DNA of 64,000 nucleotides from assembly GCA_030141605.1 (NCBI GenBank), contig JAQGDQ010000066.1, positions 558,001 through 622,000 on the forward strand, given 5' to 3'. Made by a program: the position numbers and the translations under genes. The notes beneath the pieces were generated by a model, which saw only the letters and a list, made by a program, of their open reading frames with translations, was not told the origin of the DNA and made no database searches. Shown piece by piece: positions 1-15,200 of the stretch. Each line of letters opens with the position of its first letter. The stretch's first letter is position 1. Source of the stretch: Tubiluchus corallicola (lineage: Eukaryota > Animalia > Priapulida).

Positions 1-104
1 AAAATAAACAGTTTCATGAAATAACACAATTCCAAAAATTTGTGTTAACAGCTAACAACATAACGATTAACAGATGCACAAGTTAATATGTTAAAACCAC
101 ATAC

Positions 105-282
105 ATTTATAATCTGGTCTTGTTGATCTAAGCTGTTCGAGTCCAAATTTTTCAAAAGTGGCTCTGCATGCATCAACCAATCATTGACCTTGTTATGTGA
201 ATCATGAAACTCTTTTGCCAATGGGAGTGCTTCTTCCATCTGCTGCAGCATATCTAAACTTTTTACATTCAAATCAGTGTAC
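105..282 (-). CDS. Spectraplakin exon: spectrin repeat (YTDLNVKS...QDQIIN)
   Basis: ttgcag|G acceptor, |gtatgt donor; phases 2/0. Confidence 0.9.
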
Positions 283-3200
283 CTGCAAAAAGCAAAATAG
301 CATCAAAATTGCAAACAGAGGAATTGTTAAACATAAAAAAATTAAACATTTAAAAAAGTTGACAAAGAAACTGGTTACAAATCCATGACAGTCAGTTCTT
401 ATAACCCCATAAATGTCCCAATGACATAGGACTGTCCCGAATGTTTTAAACAAACCACATACACAATTTTTTTTCAACAGAATGGCTTTTTGAAAATCTC
501 AATGTGATAATGAACGATATTCGAAGGTTGTTTGGGCACTTGTTTTTTTACATATTAGTAATTTATTGAATTTGCGTTTCAGTTACAACAAAATTTAAGG
601 TCTATATGCTGCAAGTAGATTCTACTCGATTACAGAACTGATACAAGGAACTGCTTAAAAAGATGTAGTTTTTGGCAGTAAAACACACGACAAATGTGTC
701 ATTTTGTACAGGTATAAAGGCATGCAGGCATTACATAAATACCTTTGTTTTATAAAATCGAGCTTCTCTTGCACTCGAAGTGCCTCATCTCCCGCACTTG
801 TCTTCATCAAATCGTGTCCGCTAGCCATCACTGATTCGAAGTTAATCTGGTTTTCCGCTATTTCATTGTACAATTCCTACAACAAACAGTTATCATAATG
901 AATTAATATGTAATACAGTGAAGTTGTACGAAATCGTGCATTATTGCACATGTACACTTTATTACAAACTGGGTGGTTACCAATACTGCACAAATTTCTC
1001 TATTACATTCATATCTCGGTTTGCCGGATAAAAGCAGGGCGGCATTGGTTCAAATTTGCCGATACTAAACTAATAGTACAGTAGGTGCTGTGTATTAGAA
1101 TCATGGTAATGTAGAAATAATCGTCTAATTGTCTCAAAAATGTCTAATATGGGCCGCTCCAATGTAAAACTACATGAAAACTGTCGGCAATTGACTCAAA
1201 TAACTTTGCATAATTGATTCTATATTTTTATACATAGAGATATATACGTGGTTACACTGATGTGCATGATGTAAACAAAGTGATGGCCCACCAACTAGTC
1301 GGACGAAATAACGGACCGAGTCCCTATTATGTGGGACTTTTAACGGACCAGATTCTGTCCTAATTTTCCAATATCCGTAAAAGCAAGGTCCTGCAAACCG
1401 AGATATGAGTGTATAACAAGGTTTACGTTCAGATCAGAAAGCAGAACTTACATGTCACGTATCAGAAAAACCACCATCTTGTTATCCACGAATTCAGAAT
1501 CGACTTAATAGTAAAAAGAAATTCAAGCTAAACTTTATTCTACGTTAAGCAAAAAAAAACTGATTTCTTAAGTAAAATTATAATTTCATAAATCTTGTTG
1601 TTAAGTTAAATAGCATACAATAGAGTGTCAGATGCATTTCATGCTTTTATTCTAGTTGCTAGAATGCAAAGAAACTGAATTTTTGGGAATGTGGGGAAAA
1701 CATGCAAAGTGAATACCATAAATTGGTCTTGCTGTCGTTGTAGGGGTTCCACAAACACGGATAGTACTCGGAATCCCTGCATCTGCCGTTCCATATCCTC
1801 TAACCACGCCGTAAACTCTTCTGCAGATACACCAAACTGTTCCAGATTTTCTGAGCCACGCAGCAACAGTTCTGCTCGCGCTTCGCTTGTGGTAAACAAT
1901 TTTTCATAGCGATCGACCATTTCATCTAATTTATCATGAATGTACTCTCGATCGTCTTCAGAAACCATGTCCATGAGTATCTGCCCCACTTGTATGGCAT
2001 TATCCAATTGTTCCTTCTGATTTGAAATTTCTTCATGCAACTCCTGCGTGTGTGATAAATCATTTCATGCAATGCGACTTTTTCATGCAATAATGGATGA
2101 CATAACACTAAAACTCAGTAACTAAGAATTTCAGTTAATTTGGATAACATGTTAACTAATTTTATGCAAAAACATTTTTAAGCTAACATGCAGAATTTTG
2201 AATTAATTCAAATAATTCACTTAATAAAAATGTTAAGGTTGCGTCGTTGCATCCTCTGAAGTTACATTAAAATAACAAACAGCACTACAAGCTTTTGTTA
2301 CTAACAAGAGACACATATATTAAATAAAATCTGACACAACTATGTATTAAATTTCATGTGCACATAGTGCAAAAAAACTCACGCACCTGCTGATGTTCAA
2401 TTTGCTCCTGAATGCGATCTTGTTCTGTCGCCATGGTATCCCAAACTCCAAGCTTCTTCTCCATCTCATCAACCCACTGGGAAATGGGCTCTAGACGGTA
2501 ATGGAAGTCCTTTGCTACTTCAAGGGTTTCCTCTAATGCTTGTCTACGCTCATGTGCCACTCCTAAAGATACAATAAAAGCACATTTGTACTGCAAACAT
2601 TGCAACTGGCTAAATAAATAAGAAAACAAAGTTGTAACAAGAAAACATTATTTAGAACACAAATAAAATGACAAGTAACAAAAAAACATAGTATCATACC
2701 TCTAAGGTTGTCAAATCTTTCTCCTAAATCAGAAAGCTGATCTTCTACATTCTTGCCCTCTGCAGGACTAGCAACCTTGGCAATATCGTGGCCCATTGTT
2801 GCCAGCGAGTCCATGTTATCCTGTCTGTCACCAAGAAGCTTTTCGAGAAACTTCTGTTCTTGCAACTGTGCCCTTACAACCTTATAGTCTGCAGATGGCG
2901 GCTTCTGACTGGCCACAGCATCTTCCATCTCAGTGAGCCAGTTCAGCATGGAAATAAGAGCCTCCTGGAATTTTCCAGACTGCAGTAGCGCAACGTCTAA
3001 ATTGCGTTCACGATCAGATGCGTTCTGCTTGATGTCGCCCCATTTAGTGCTGATAATATCAATGTCGCTTTCAAGTGGACCAGTTTCTACACTATTTGCA
3101 GCAGTGTTGACTAAAGTTTGGCCTGTGGTTACAACAGCATCAACCTCTTTAGCTAGAGGTTCCATATGCTCCTTATGAAAAATTTTGAATTCGTCGTGTT

Positions 3201-6200
3201 GATTTTTTACAGCTGCAACATCACCAGAAATGGGTGCCATGTCATCTAACTCTCCAGCTGCATTATCCAAGGCATCATTCACTGCTGTTAGATCTTCTTG
3301 CAACTGTTCTAATCTCTCTAACGTGAATTTCAATTCATGTTTGCGATGCTGAGCTACTTCCTCAATTTTATCAACTTGATGCTGTAGTTTGTCAATTTTG
3401 TTCTCCAACTCATGATCATCCAAATTCAGTTCGCTGATTAGTTCTCCAGCATGTTTCCGTGATGCTTCAATGTCTGCCTTTACTTCACTAAGCCTTTTCT
3501 CAAACTCTTCCACTTCACTAGCTTGCTGGTGAAGTAATTCCACATCACGCGCTACAGGTGCCATAGAATCCAAATTGTCTTCTAATTGCCGAACCTTAAC
3601 AGCAAGTTCTGCTGTCTCTTCTTTAAATTGATCTATACCTTTATTGGCCCTATCTAAATCATCGACTTTTTCTCGTAAGGAATTTGCTAACATGTCAAAT
3701 TGATTTACCACATCATCAGTTTTATCGAGCAGTGGTTTTGTGTCAGTACCCGGTGCAGCGTTTTTGGCAATTCCGTCAGCAGCTAACTTCAAAAACTCCA
3801 CGGGTGAACGAAGCTGCTCGCATTCTTCTTGCAAAGCTTTCATCTTCTCAAGAGTTTTTATATCATTTCCACCTTGACTTTCTAATATTTCATACTTGTC
3901 TTTGCATTTTTTGACTGAAGTAAGAGTGTCTCGCAAGCTGTCTTCAAACTCGTGAAGTTTTTGCACAGTGTTTTCCAGTGAACCAACTCGCTCTCTTGTT
4001 GCCGCAGCAAGGGTATCCCATCTTGTTTGCAGATCATTTATAGCTTCTTGGATTATATCCTGATCACAGTCACAAGCATCAATAAAACTTTTTCCTAGGC
4101 TAATAGTTGTCTCAACTTCCCGGGCTTTTTTGTTAACATCCTTCTGAAATTTCTGCACATCGCGCAGCAGTTTCAGTGCATTTTCTTCTTTTAAGTTATC
4201 TGATTTAAAACTATCTAATTTTTCTTCACTTTTCTCAATCCAAGGTACTAGCACATCGCAAGCAAACTGAAATTTTTTGGAAATCTCCGAAACTTTGTCA
4301 AGGTCATCTTTACGTTTCGTAGACTTTGCTAAGAGATTATCCCAGTTTGATTTCATTTCATCCAGTTTATCTTGGATTACCTTTTGATAAGCAGGCGAAG
4401 CCTTTTCTGAGAGTACTTTTGCCTTTCCAACAATACTGTGAATTTCACTTTCATGACTAACAATTTCTTTGTGCAGTGGCTCATGCTCTATATGTTGCTG
4501 CTTTAGAACTTCCGGGTTAGCAGACAAAAGAAAGTCATCGCCTAGTATTTTATCTTGTTCTGTTTCCCATTTTATCATCTTTGTAACCATGTCCTCAAAG
4601 TCACTTCCTTCTTGTGCCAATAATCCCAACTCGGTCTTCTTTGAACTCAGTCGCTTCTGGACTTCCTTCAGTGGCCTTTCTGCAGCTGATAACTTTCCTC
4701 TGATGTCATTTTTGGAGGAACCTTCTTTCAGCATTGCGCAAAGTTGATCGCAACCATCTTGTGCACTACTCAAAACCTGCTGTTGTTCTCGCATTTCATC
4801 TTCGAGATTTTGCACGATATTTAGCTGCTCAGAGGTATCTTCAGTAGGCATGCTATCTAATCTCACCTCTGCACCTTCTGTCCATGAATGCAACTTATTA
4901 ATATTATCGTGAAAATCAATACTTGCGACTAAAGTGCTATCAAGCAGTTGCTCACGCTCATCTAACTGAGCTTGCAAAGCATCCCAATGTTGATTTACAA
5001 CAGCTAATTTTTCAGCAATTGTCTGCATCTCTTTACTATTTGGCTCGCATTTGTCCATAACAGCTTGGCCGGCTTGATTTAGCTGCTGCAACTGTGGTTC
5101 CCAGTCTTTGAATTCTTCTTGCAAAACTTTTACCTGCTGGATTTGATTATTAAGCATCCCTGGTTCTGTAGCAATGCTGCCTAGCACGCCTAACAGTTTG
5201 TCCTTTTGATTTAACCAAGTACTGAGATTATCATGAGCTTGTTGAAAGGCTTTGAGATTTTCAAGTGATTCAATTCGTGCTTCACTGGGGCTCTTCAGTT
5301 CCACCCATTTTGCATCAAGTTCATCAACTTTTTGCCAAATGTTTTCCAAGCCTTGAGAATTTGGTTTTCTTTCTGCAATAGCTGCAGCCTTAGCTTTAAA
5401 ATTTTCAACTTTAGCTTGATGTTGTATCAGTTGGTCATAAAAAGCTTTGTCAGCAGTTAATTGTTGATTAATGTCGGTAGGAGTAACTGGCATCTCGGCC
5501 TTGGGGGCTACTTTCTTCTTTTCATCGATCCAACTCAGAAGCTCTTGCAATTCGTCATTGTATTGACTGACTTCTGTCTGAGTTGTTCCGACTTCTCCTT
5601 CGCGGTCATGTAATCGCTTACCAATCATCTCGTATCGCTGATTAATGTCAGACAATTGCATCTGTACTGGTGTCATCTCTTCATAGCTGCTAATTAGTTG
5701 ATCCGAAGGGCTCCTACTGCTAATACCGCTAGATGCACTAGACATTGGACTAGATAAAACAGGAACTTGAGTATGTTCCGATGACTCACGGGGTTCAGAA
5801 ACTGCTCTCTTTGGCCTTGGTGTCCTTCTTGATGGACTTGGTGCTCGTTCACCCAAAAGCATGGCATCACAAATGTTTCCAATTTCATTAACTTTGTCAA
5901 TGGTTGGTGCATAATCGTTATACTCAACTACCATTGGCTTTACAGCCTCAATTTGTTGCTGAAGCATTTCTGGATTGACAGATACTGGTTCCAAGTTATT
6001 TATTCTGCTTTCAATGTCAGTTTCCCATTCGACAACTTGTTTTCGAAGTTTATCAAAAGCATTAAACTTATCCTGGCGCTTGTCACCCAACGATTTCTTT
6101 TCTCCCAAAAGATGATCTACTTCGTTATAATTACTCTTCAAATGAGCTAATGTTTCCTTAACTGTTCCAGTCTCAACTGTGTGATCATCATTAACAAGAT

Positions 6201-9200
6201 CTTGACCTAGTGTCAACACCTTTTCATCTGCTGTCGCTCTTGAGCGCCTCTGTTCTTCAATTTTACTAACTGCAGCCTTAAAATCATCAACATCACGCTT
6301 ATGCAAGTCACGTGACTCCAGAGTATCTATGGTCTGCAATAACCAATCGTCCATTTCAGAAGAAGCAGTCAAGAAATCGTCTAGGTCAGTGCGGAATTTA
6401 GCAAGCTGCTCTCCCCTTGCAGCCGACTTTTCTTCCAGATCAGCAAACCTAGTTGTTATTTCTTTAACTTTTTCCTCAAGTTGTGTATCATAATTCTCTG
6501 GGCTTGATGCAATCAATTCTTGAGCTGAGGTCACCACAGATTCAACACTGGGTTTCTTACCATCGATATCTGACTGTATCAGTTTATGCTCTGTTATTTG
6601 TTCCTCTAGGTTTTCTCTATTCAAGCTGACATTTGTCATGCTGGAAAGACTCTTCTGAGTATCTTTCAACCAAGCATGCAAGCCAATCATGGCATCTTGA
6701 ACTCCCTGACTGTGCACCAGCATTTGTTCCAGAGAATTGCTTTTCTCAGTGACATCACCAGAAATTTTCCTGTAGCGTTTTTGCAGTGTCTCCAGAGCTT
6801 TTCCGACAGTTTGCTTTTCATCACTAGGAATGTTCTCAGAATCAGCACAAAGATCATCAGCTGCAGATTTTGTTAGATCAACGAGCTTCTCTTGTACCAA
6901 GACGTCACCTTTGATGGCTTTCAGTGTAGCCAGCTGTTCTTGAATTTCTTTTGAACCAGCTCCCACAGGTTTAACTAACTGTTCTTCAATTCTAGCTTCA
7001 ACCTAAAAATAACGATAAAACATAATCGTGCAACTCGCAAAATCAGTCTAGTTGCAGTACTAACAATTTGTTGTACAAAAAGAAATTTTTTATTCAAAAA
7101 ATGAACCATAATTACTCACTCAATCAACGCTATGTAATCTACTAGGCAACTAATACCACACCCATTGCAAAATAAAGAAGCCACTATAAAATAAAGAAGT
7201 CTAGTTGCAGCACTACCAATTTTGTTGTACACAAAGATATTTTTATTTAAAAATGCATCATATTTATCTCCTCAATTAAAACCATTTTGTAATCTACTAG
7301 GCAACTAATACCACACCTAATGCAAAATAAAAAACCACCATAAAACAGCAGAATAATATGGCTAGTAAACCTATAATGATGTGATACTACAAAAATTTAA
7401 AAAGTCACAGAAATTGAGGAAAAACCAAAACAAGAGAAATATAGAACCAGAAATATCATACCTGATCGAGCCAAGACTCTGCTTTTTCTAAGGCATCAGT
7501 GTATTTCACGTATTTCAAATTCATCGTTGAAAGCTGGTCTGTTAGTTCGTTGCATTTATTCATTAGTAAATTATACCGTTCCTCAATACCATCTACTTTG
7601 GGCTGTACAACTTGTGTAGCACCTTCAAGAAGTTCTCTTTCATGTTCAACACGGTATTCGTTCAACAAGGTGTGGTATTCCTGCAAAGGTGAACAAAAAA
7701 AGTACATAAGAAATTCAATAGGAATTCAAGTGCATACGAGCATTATTAGTAAACTAGTCTTGATAAATCTAACCACATCAGAAGACAACCAACAAACAAT
7801 GCCTAATACAATAAACTCTTCCAGTTTAAACATAATGGCAAAACTCTTGCATTTTATCAATACCCACAAAGAAGCAGCCTTACATTTAAAAACAGCTAAG
7901 AATAACGGTAAATTTACAAGTCTGTAATTCAATCTGAGCTCAGAAACTTCATGTACAACTTTGTTCCACACAAAAGGTCATAGAATGTTCAATGGAATGG
8001 ATCATAGAATGGACAATGTGCAAAATTTGTTTTACAAATTTTTATATTTTTTTTCCATGCTTATCTGTAAACTAATTCGCTTGTACAAATTGCTTTACAT
8101 GTCATCTAGCATAATACAATAATGAGACATATGCAACGTGAGCAACTTCATCGAAATAAACAAAATGTAGCACTAACCTGGCTCTCTTCTTGAAATTTTT
8201 TCGCTAACAAACTGATGAATCGTAGATCGGCTTTACGAGCGATAATCTCGGCAGCCAATTCCTTCTGCACATTCAAACGTTCATCCAACTGGTTGAAGTC
8301 AGCACGGTCCTCCAAGCTGCTCATTTTAACCTCACTCTGTTCCAGCCAATCGAAAAATGGAACGAGCTCATTGTCAAATTTCGTGAGCTCTTCTGTGGCC
8401 GTACTGAGTAGCTTGACGCGATCAACGCACTGCCTGCTGACATCGTCGTACCTACATAAAAAAGCATCACACTTTGCAAGTCGTCGCTCAGTTAACAGTC
8501 TACACATGAGTATGAGAAAAAATATTTGTTACGTCACAATGACAACTACAAAGGAAGCCTATCTCACCTGTTTTGCAGGTCTGTTGTCTGCTGTTTGATG
8601 CCTTCGATTTGTTCCGCCGATAGTACGTCATGTTCTCTCGCAAGAGTCTTTGTTTGTGACGTCCATGTTAAGAAAGGCCCTTGATGGTCTTTAACATCAA
8701 CCTGCACTGTCTTTAATTATGAAAAAAACAGTTACACACCTTTTAAGTTTTCAGTAAAAAATTACAGTACATGTACTCAAGATGAGCGTAATTTAAATTA
8801 CTGCATATTATCACAAAAAATGCCGTAAATGGTATAGATACACTTACATACTCCTTTAAAGCTCCTTGTAAAAATTTTGCGAAAAATGAAAATAATTCTC
8901 TAGACTCTGCTTTGGGTTACAGCTCACAACTATTGAGATATAAATATAACAACCGAAATGTGTAAAATGCTAAAGTGCAATTTCATTTGCATTTTTAAGA
9001 CAAGACTATATGTATGTCTTATCTAATGCCATAATTATCTAATAATAGAAGGGCACTTATTATGTAACCAATAAGCAGAGTTACCATATATTATTTGTGA
9101 AAGATACTGTAAATGCGATCGAGTGTAAATAGTTTGAATTTTTGAATAGAAATGAACTAAATCTTATACTGGATAGGACATGTCAAAGTTAACTATATTG

Positions 9201-12200
9201 TTTATCATCTTTTTGTGTAAATTACTATAATTTGTAAAAATTCTTATTTTTGATGCTGCTAGCAAATTAAAAATTATATTACAATTTCAAAATAAATTAT
9301 GATGATGATGATGATGATAATAATAATAATAACAAATCAGACTAAATTTAAACTTAATCAGCCACAAGATGTACCTGTATTTCTTCTAATTGATCTCTCA
9401 AATCTTCAACATTCTCCTGAGCGGGTTGCTGGTTCAGCAATGCTTCTTCGACTGCACCTAGCCATTTTGAATGGTCAGCTCCTTTTTCAGTTGCTGCTGA
9501 ATACTTGTCCTCTACAGCAGCCTACAGTATTACAACAAAACAAGTTGGTCAAAAGACACAGAAGACTGCAGGGTAAACTGAATAAAGTGCAGAAATTATT
9601 TGTGGTAGGAATGTGATAAGAAAGAGTAAAACTGTTGTGTTATTATAAGGATAAGAACAGTGGTTTTGTGATGACGTAGGTCATAAAAAGGTAGTTTTTA
9701 AGAACTTTTCCAAATTCCTAATAAAAAATCCATTGATTGCAAACATGGCCACGTTGATGCGAAAAAACAGAATTTTACATAACTTAATCACAAAATAAGA
9801 GCAAAGATTTCCCAGTCTTTTGAAATTTTTGTATAAAAATTAGAAATTGTACTTCTTTACAAATGCAATTGGTTTTTTACAATGCGCAGTAATGGCAAAC
9901 ATGTTTCCCTACCGAAATGTGGCTAATATGGCGTTATTAAACTGAGTTTTACGAATACATTCGGAAAGTTTAACTCATCATTCACCAAACACGGTAACTG
10001 TGTGAATTTTTACCTTATCGCAATATGAAACACAAGATAGATTGGACAAGAATTTTCAAAATGTGTTTTCAGAAAGTTCATTGAACAAAGAGGTGCAGCA
10101 ACTGCAAACATGAATCCTTATTTGCAGTGACCCCCGACTAAATACAACGCACCAGGATGTTTAAAAATTTCGCATTTTCTCCACGTTCTACACAAACTGG
10201 ACAAACAATGGTGTGTACAAGCTATTTACTTTGCTAATATAAAATGTAAACTGATGCCATTTTTGGTTTTGGAAAACGCTAAAATATTTTGCAGTTATTT
10301 TAAAGAATAAAGACGAAATTTTAGCAATCGCAGTCATAAAAAATTAATATTTTATAGAATTTTACAGTATTTTGCATGGATATAATTAAATAAACAAAGG
10401 TCATGTGCAAAATTATTAATCAAAGTTGCCGTAAGCTGCAAATACAGCAAAGAGTTCAAAATACGTTTATAAGTGCTACTAAATATTTTAAAATGAATAA
10501 ATAGCAGATTTTTTTAGCCTTTTTAGTAATACTAGTAGTACTACCCGTCTTGTTTTGTACAAAAAGTTAATTAAAGAGTTACGACCAAAACACCAATTAC
10601 TTTACACATATGAAAATGTTGAAATGGGCTTTTTAATCATTTCCATTTTTTGCTATTTTTTCCTAAGCCTTTGACCAAAAAATTTAGCAAGTTAAATATA
10701 TTTTTTAACCGCAGATTGCAAATTTTTAGCAAATGAAATATCTAAAATATGCCAATATTATTAGCAAAATAGGTGAATTAATGTGAATCTTATGAACACA
10801 TGACCCAATAAACTTTTAAATTAACTCATCTTATATTACAAAATATTTAATACTTTCTTTACTTCCAAGTTGCAGACTATTGGTAAGTTACACTACAGTA
10901 AGAATTTACGTTTTGTTAATCTTCATGCAACTGTTAATAAATCATCTAAAAAGTGTAACATTTTCACTGTTACTTCAGGTTAAATTAGTAGAGTTTCAAT
11001 ACAAGAAAGTGGAACAAGTTGCACCAGTTTCTTATATTAAATTTTATGTAACGTCTTCTAATTGTTAGTCATATTGAAAAAAACGCTGAAATTAATCGGC
11101 TGTTAAAACGTTAATTTAGCAATTCAGTAATTAGTAACTAAACTGAAAGAATCAAACGGACAAATTTCAGCATCGAACACTCACTCTCACTTGGTGTGTG
11201 AAAACATCACAAAATATTATTTCTAACATACCAGTAACTTGTGAAATTTAATTCCTTGATACGCTCGACACCTGATACCCGCCAACTCACTCATTACATT
11301 TCTAATGCCATGGACATGATACATGATACAAAGTCCACATTTCACACTATTACTCTTCAAACACATAACAAGGTTACTAAGAGAGACAAAGGTAAATATT
11401 TCTGTAGTACATATCTCTCCTCATTTTCTTGCACAGTATAATACCTGACTAAATCAAAACCCAAGTCACTGATAGAAAATGTGTCTATAAAAACCTTTAC
11501 ATGATGTATGATCCGTTGCAGTAGGCAATGGTATCGCATCTCCGAGATTAATCAGTTAGCACTAAAAACCTGTATTTAATGCACAAGCCAGGGAATAAAT
11601 GTTGCTACTGTGCCTTTTCAAGCTACTCCAAACTTTAATCTAAGCTTATTTGCTGGCACAACTAACCTACAGTAATATTAAACTAGTAAACCCTGGGCAA
11701 ATTAGAAACTTCCTTACACTAACACGTGTTATCAAAAGTGTAATAAGTATGATAAATGAGCCTGGCTGTCAAACATACTTGGCTACTCAAATATTACACT
11801 TTTATTACATTTATTCTAGATGAACTTAAACTGAATAAACTTATCAACAACTCGATTCAAAAAGCAGTATAATAAAGTGCATATATTGTTTGCTACATTC
11901 CATGTGTAATTTTGTTTGTCATACTTATTATGTTTATATTTTGTAAAAGCTTAAATTAATGGTCTATTCCCCACTTAAGTCGCGCCAGTCATTATAAACA
12001 CTTAACAAATTTGTGTAAAATGTAACTAACTCACTTAAAGCCTTTCTAAGAACTTTATAAACAAAATAAGACCGACATATCTAGACAAAGACAGTACCCA
12101 TAAAATTCAGCTATTGAACAATGTCAGGTTTCCTCACAAAATTTTTTTAAAAATTATTCGATGTCTCATCTTACTCACTAACATTTTACAATTTTTGGTA

Positions 12201-15200
12201 AAAACTGAGTACTTATGCTCCAGTAATCATTAAGCAGTCATCATCAAAAACATGCAAAATGATAAACCACTTAATGAAATGAGATAAGTTTCAAAATCAC
12301 ACCACCAGGGTGCTCACCACATCCATGCAAAATTCAAAACAATTTTAAAACGTGCAGGGAAATATGTTTGCAAGCATGCACATAACTGTAAGAATTCATG
12401 CAATGACAAAAATATAATGGACACACAGTGACCGTGCATTGTCTACAGTAGCTTGCACTAGCATTATGCAAGGCAGATACGTAAGTTTGCCTCACCTTAA
12501 CTGCTTCAGATCCCAAAGCTGCTGATGTTCCAACAGATGGAGGGGATTCGATTGCAAAGGTGCGGCCTGGAACCACATAATCGCTCTTCTTCAAAGGTGG
12601 CTTGATGATAATACCTTGCACTACAGCTTCCGGGAAAGAGATTTTGGAGTGAGTAACAGGGTGAATGAATTTAGAGCACTCCGCATCGACAAGATCTTTA
12701 GCAATGGCATCTGACAAAGTCATAAATGTCTTTGTTCGTGGTTCACAAACAGAAATTGTATTTGCGTCTATGAAGCCATTTTCAATGGATTCGTTTAATG
12801 TCTCATTTCTGCCGGTCACCGGATTAATGAACATTTCTTTGTCAGTATCAAAAAATTCCTCTTTTGAGACAACTTGATGTACATTCAGATTTGCAGCACC
12901 AATGAGCAAACCTTGACTGAGAGCATCACTAAGGGTTACAATTTCATTTATCTTTGTGTCATGCACTTTTCCAGATTCCAGTCTTAAGATTTGCTTTCCT
13001 ATAGCTTTTTGGGCATCAATGTAATGGCCTCGTAATGTGTCATTCACCATAACAGATTTCAAGTGCACCAATCCTGATGAAACAGCATCATCTAGACTTA
13101 GTATTTTTCCAGATCCTGGATCAATAAATTGACCAGATTCAGGCTTGATAAGCTTTCGACAAATACTGTTTTCCAAAGAAATGATTGGATAAGCTTCAAC
13201 TACGAGCCCACGTCTTACAGCAGTGGCTAAATCTAAATCCTCTCCTGATCTGGAATCCTTTACACTTCCAGTTTGGAAATCTAGCAGCCCACTCTCAATA
13301 GCTTCAGAAGTGCTCAAGATTTCTTCTGTGTTTGTGTCCAGTACTGCAGGAGCATCCTTATTAATAAGCTGAGCTTTTAAGGAATTTTTGAGGTGCAGCT
13401 GTTCCCCATTTGAAGGGTCAGCAATCTTCAGTGCAGAGATATCTACCATGTTCTGAGAAAACGCCTCATGCAATGTCATAGGTAATGTTGTGTCAATAAT
13501 AAGTTCTTTTGCAAATGCTTCGTCCATTGAAATAGAATCAATAAAATTTGGATCATGGAAGACTCCTTGTATTGGGTCAAGTATTTTACATTCAATGGCT
13601 TTCTGTACTGAAATTCGTTCCCCAGTATTCGGATCTCTTACTGAAAGCGAATTGGGTTTGATAAATCGTTTAGCTAATGCGTCTTGAAGAGTCACTAACT
13701 GCCCACTAATAGGGTTTTGGAATCTTCCTGTCAAGCTGTCAAAATACCCTCTGCTAATTGCTTCATCAATTGTCATGGGTTCAATGCTCTCTGTAAGAAT
13801 TTCTTTTCTCATAGCCACATCTAAAGTCAACTTTTCATCATTTTGTGTATCCAGACATGTTCCAAATACCGTATTTAACAAATGATGATCCCTTGCTTCA
13901 TTTAGATTGTACAATGAGCCACTTTCAGTATTTGTAATAAGAGATGTGTAAGGACTGATTATATGTCTATCTATTGCTTCCTTGACAGTGATGTTTTCAC
14001 CACTGGATGGGTTAGTGATTTTGCCTGTAGACGAATTATACAGACCCATATGCACTGCTTCAAAAAGTGACGGTTTTCTTTCAAAGACTAAGATTAGTTT
14101 TTTCCGAACTGCAACTTTGAAAGGAAAAAATTGGTTGTCAGCTTTGTTTAAGACCTGTCCACTAACAGGATCAATAAGCCCATTGTCAATAGCAACATTT
14201 AAGAATCTGCTTTCGTTTAAGCTTGTATCCACAACAGCAGCAGAAGATGGTTCTATTATTTTACAATCTATGGCTTCCTTCATGTTGTATGTTTCGTTAG
14301 TCCATACATCTGTGTACTGAGCTGTTTCCAAATCAAAAGTTCCATTCTGGATAACATCACCTATCATGACAGGCTGTCGTAATTCTAACAATCCTTGTTC
14401 TACAGCATTTTTAATATGAATTACCGAGCCAGTGAGAGGATCTGTTACTCGACCGTGAAGACCATCGAGAATGCCACAATTTACAGAATCTGCCAAATCC
14501 CAAGTTTGCGTCGTTTGTGGATTGGAAATTCGTCCGGAGGAGGAATCAATCAAACCAGCCAAAATGGCTGTTTCGAGTGATACAGTTTCATTTGTAGATA
14601 ATGTGTACAATGATGTATCTAAATCAACTGTATCTGAGCTAATGGCTTTATAAAGAGGAATATTTGACATAATTAAAACTCCAAGTTCAAAAGCTTCTGA
14701 TAATGTAAGCATACTACCAGTTGGTGGATTCTTTACTAATCCTGAGCTTACATCAAAGAGACCCTGCTTAATAATTCCATCCAAGCAGATAAACTCATTA
14801 AGATTGAGCTTCATAGAAACTCCTTTAGGGTCGATGACTCCCTGAGTAATAGCTTCGTCAATAGCTAATATAGTTCCAGTAGTTGGCTCATGTACTCTGC
14901 CAAGGTGAATATCCAATATACCTTTACTGATAGCTTCACTGATTGGATAAGGCTCTTTAATTGGGCGCACATAACCCTTGATTAATGCTTCTGTAAAGTT
15001 GTATTTATTTTTTGTTACTGCGTCTCTAATAGTCCCATTTATGGCATCTAGCAAGCCCTTACTTATAAAATTACTAATATGTTGGGTTTTTCTTAGTTTT
15101 GTGTTATATATGTATGATTTACAGTCAATCAAACCTATTTTCATAGCCGAGGATAATGTCATCTTGTCACCTGTGGATGGGTCAGTAATGGTGTGAGATT

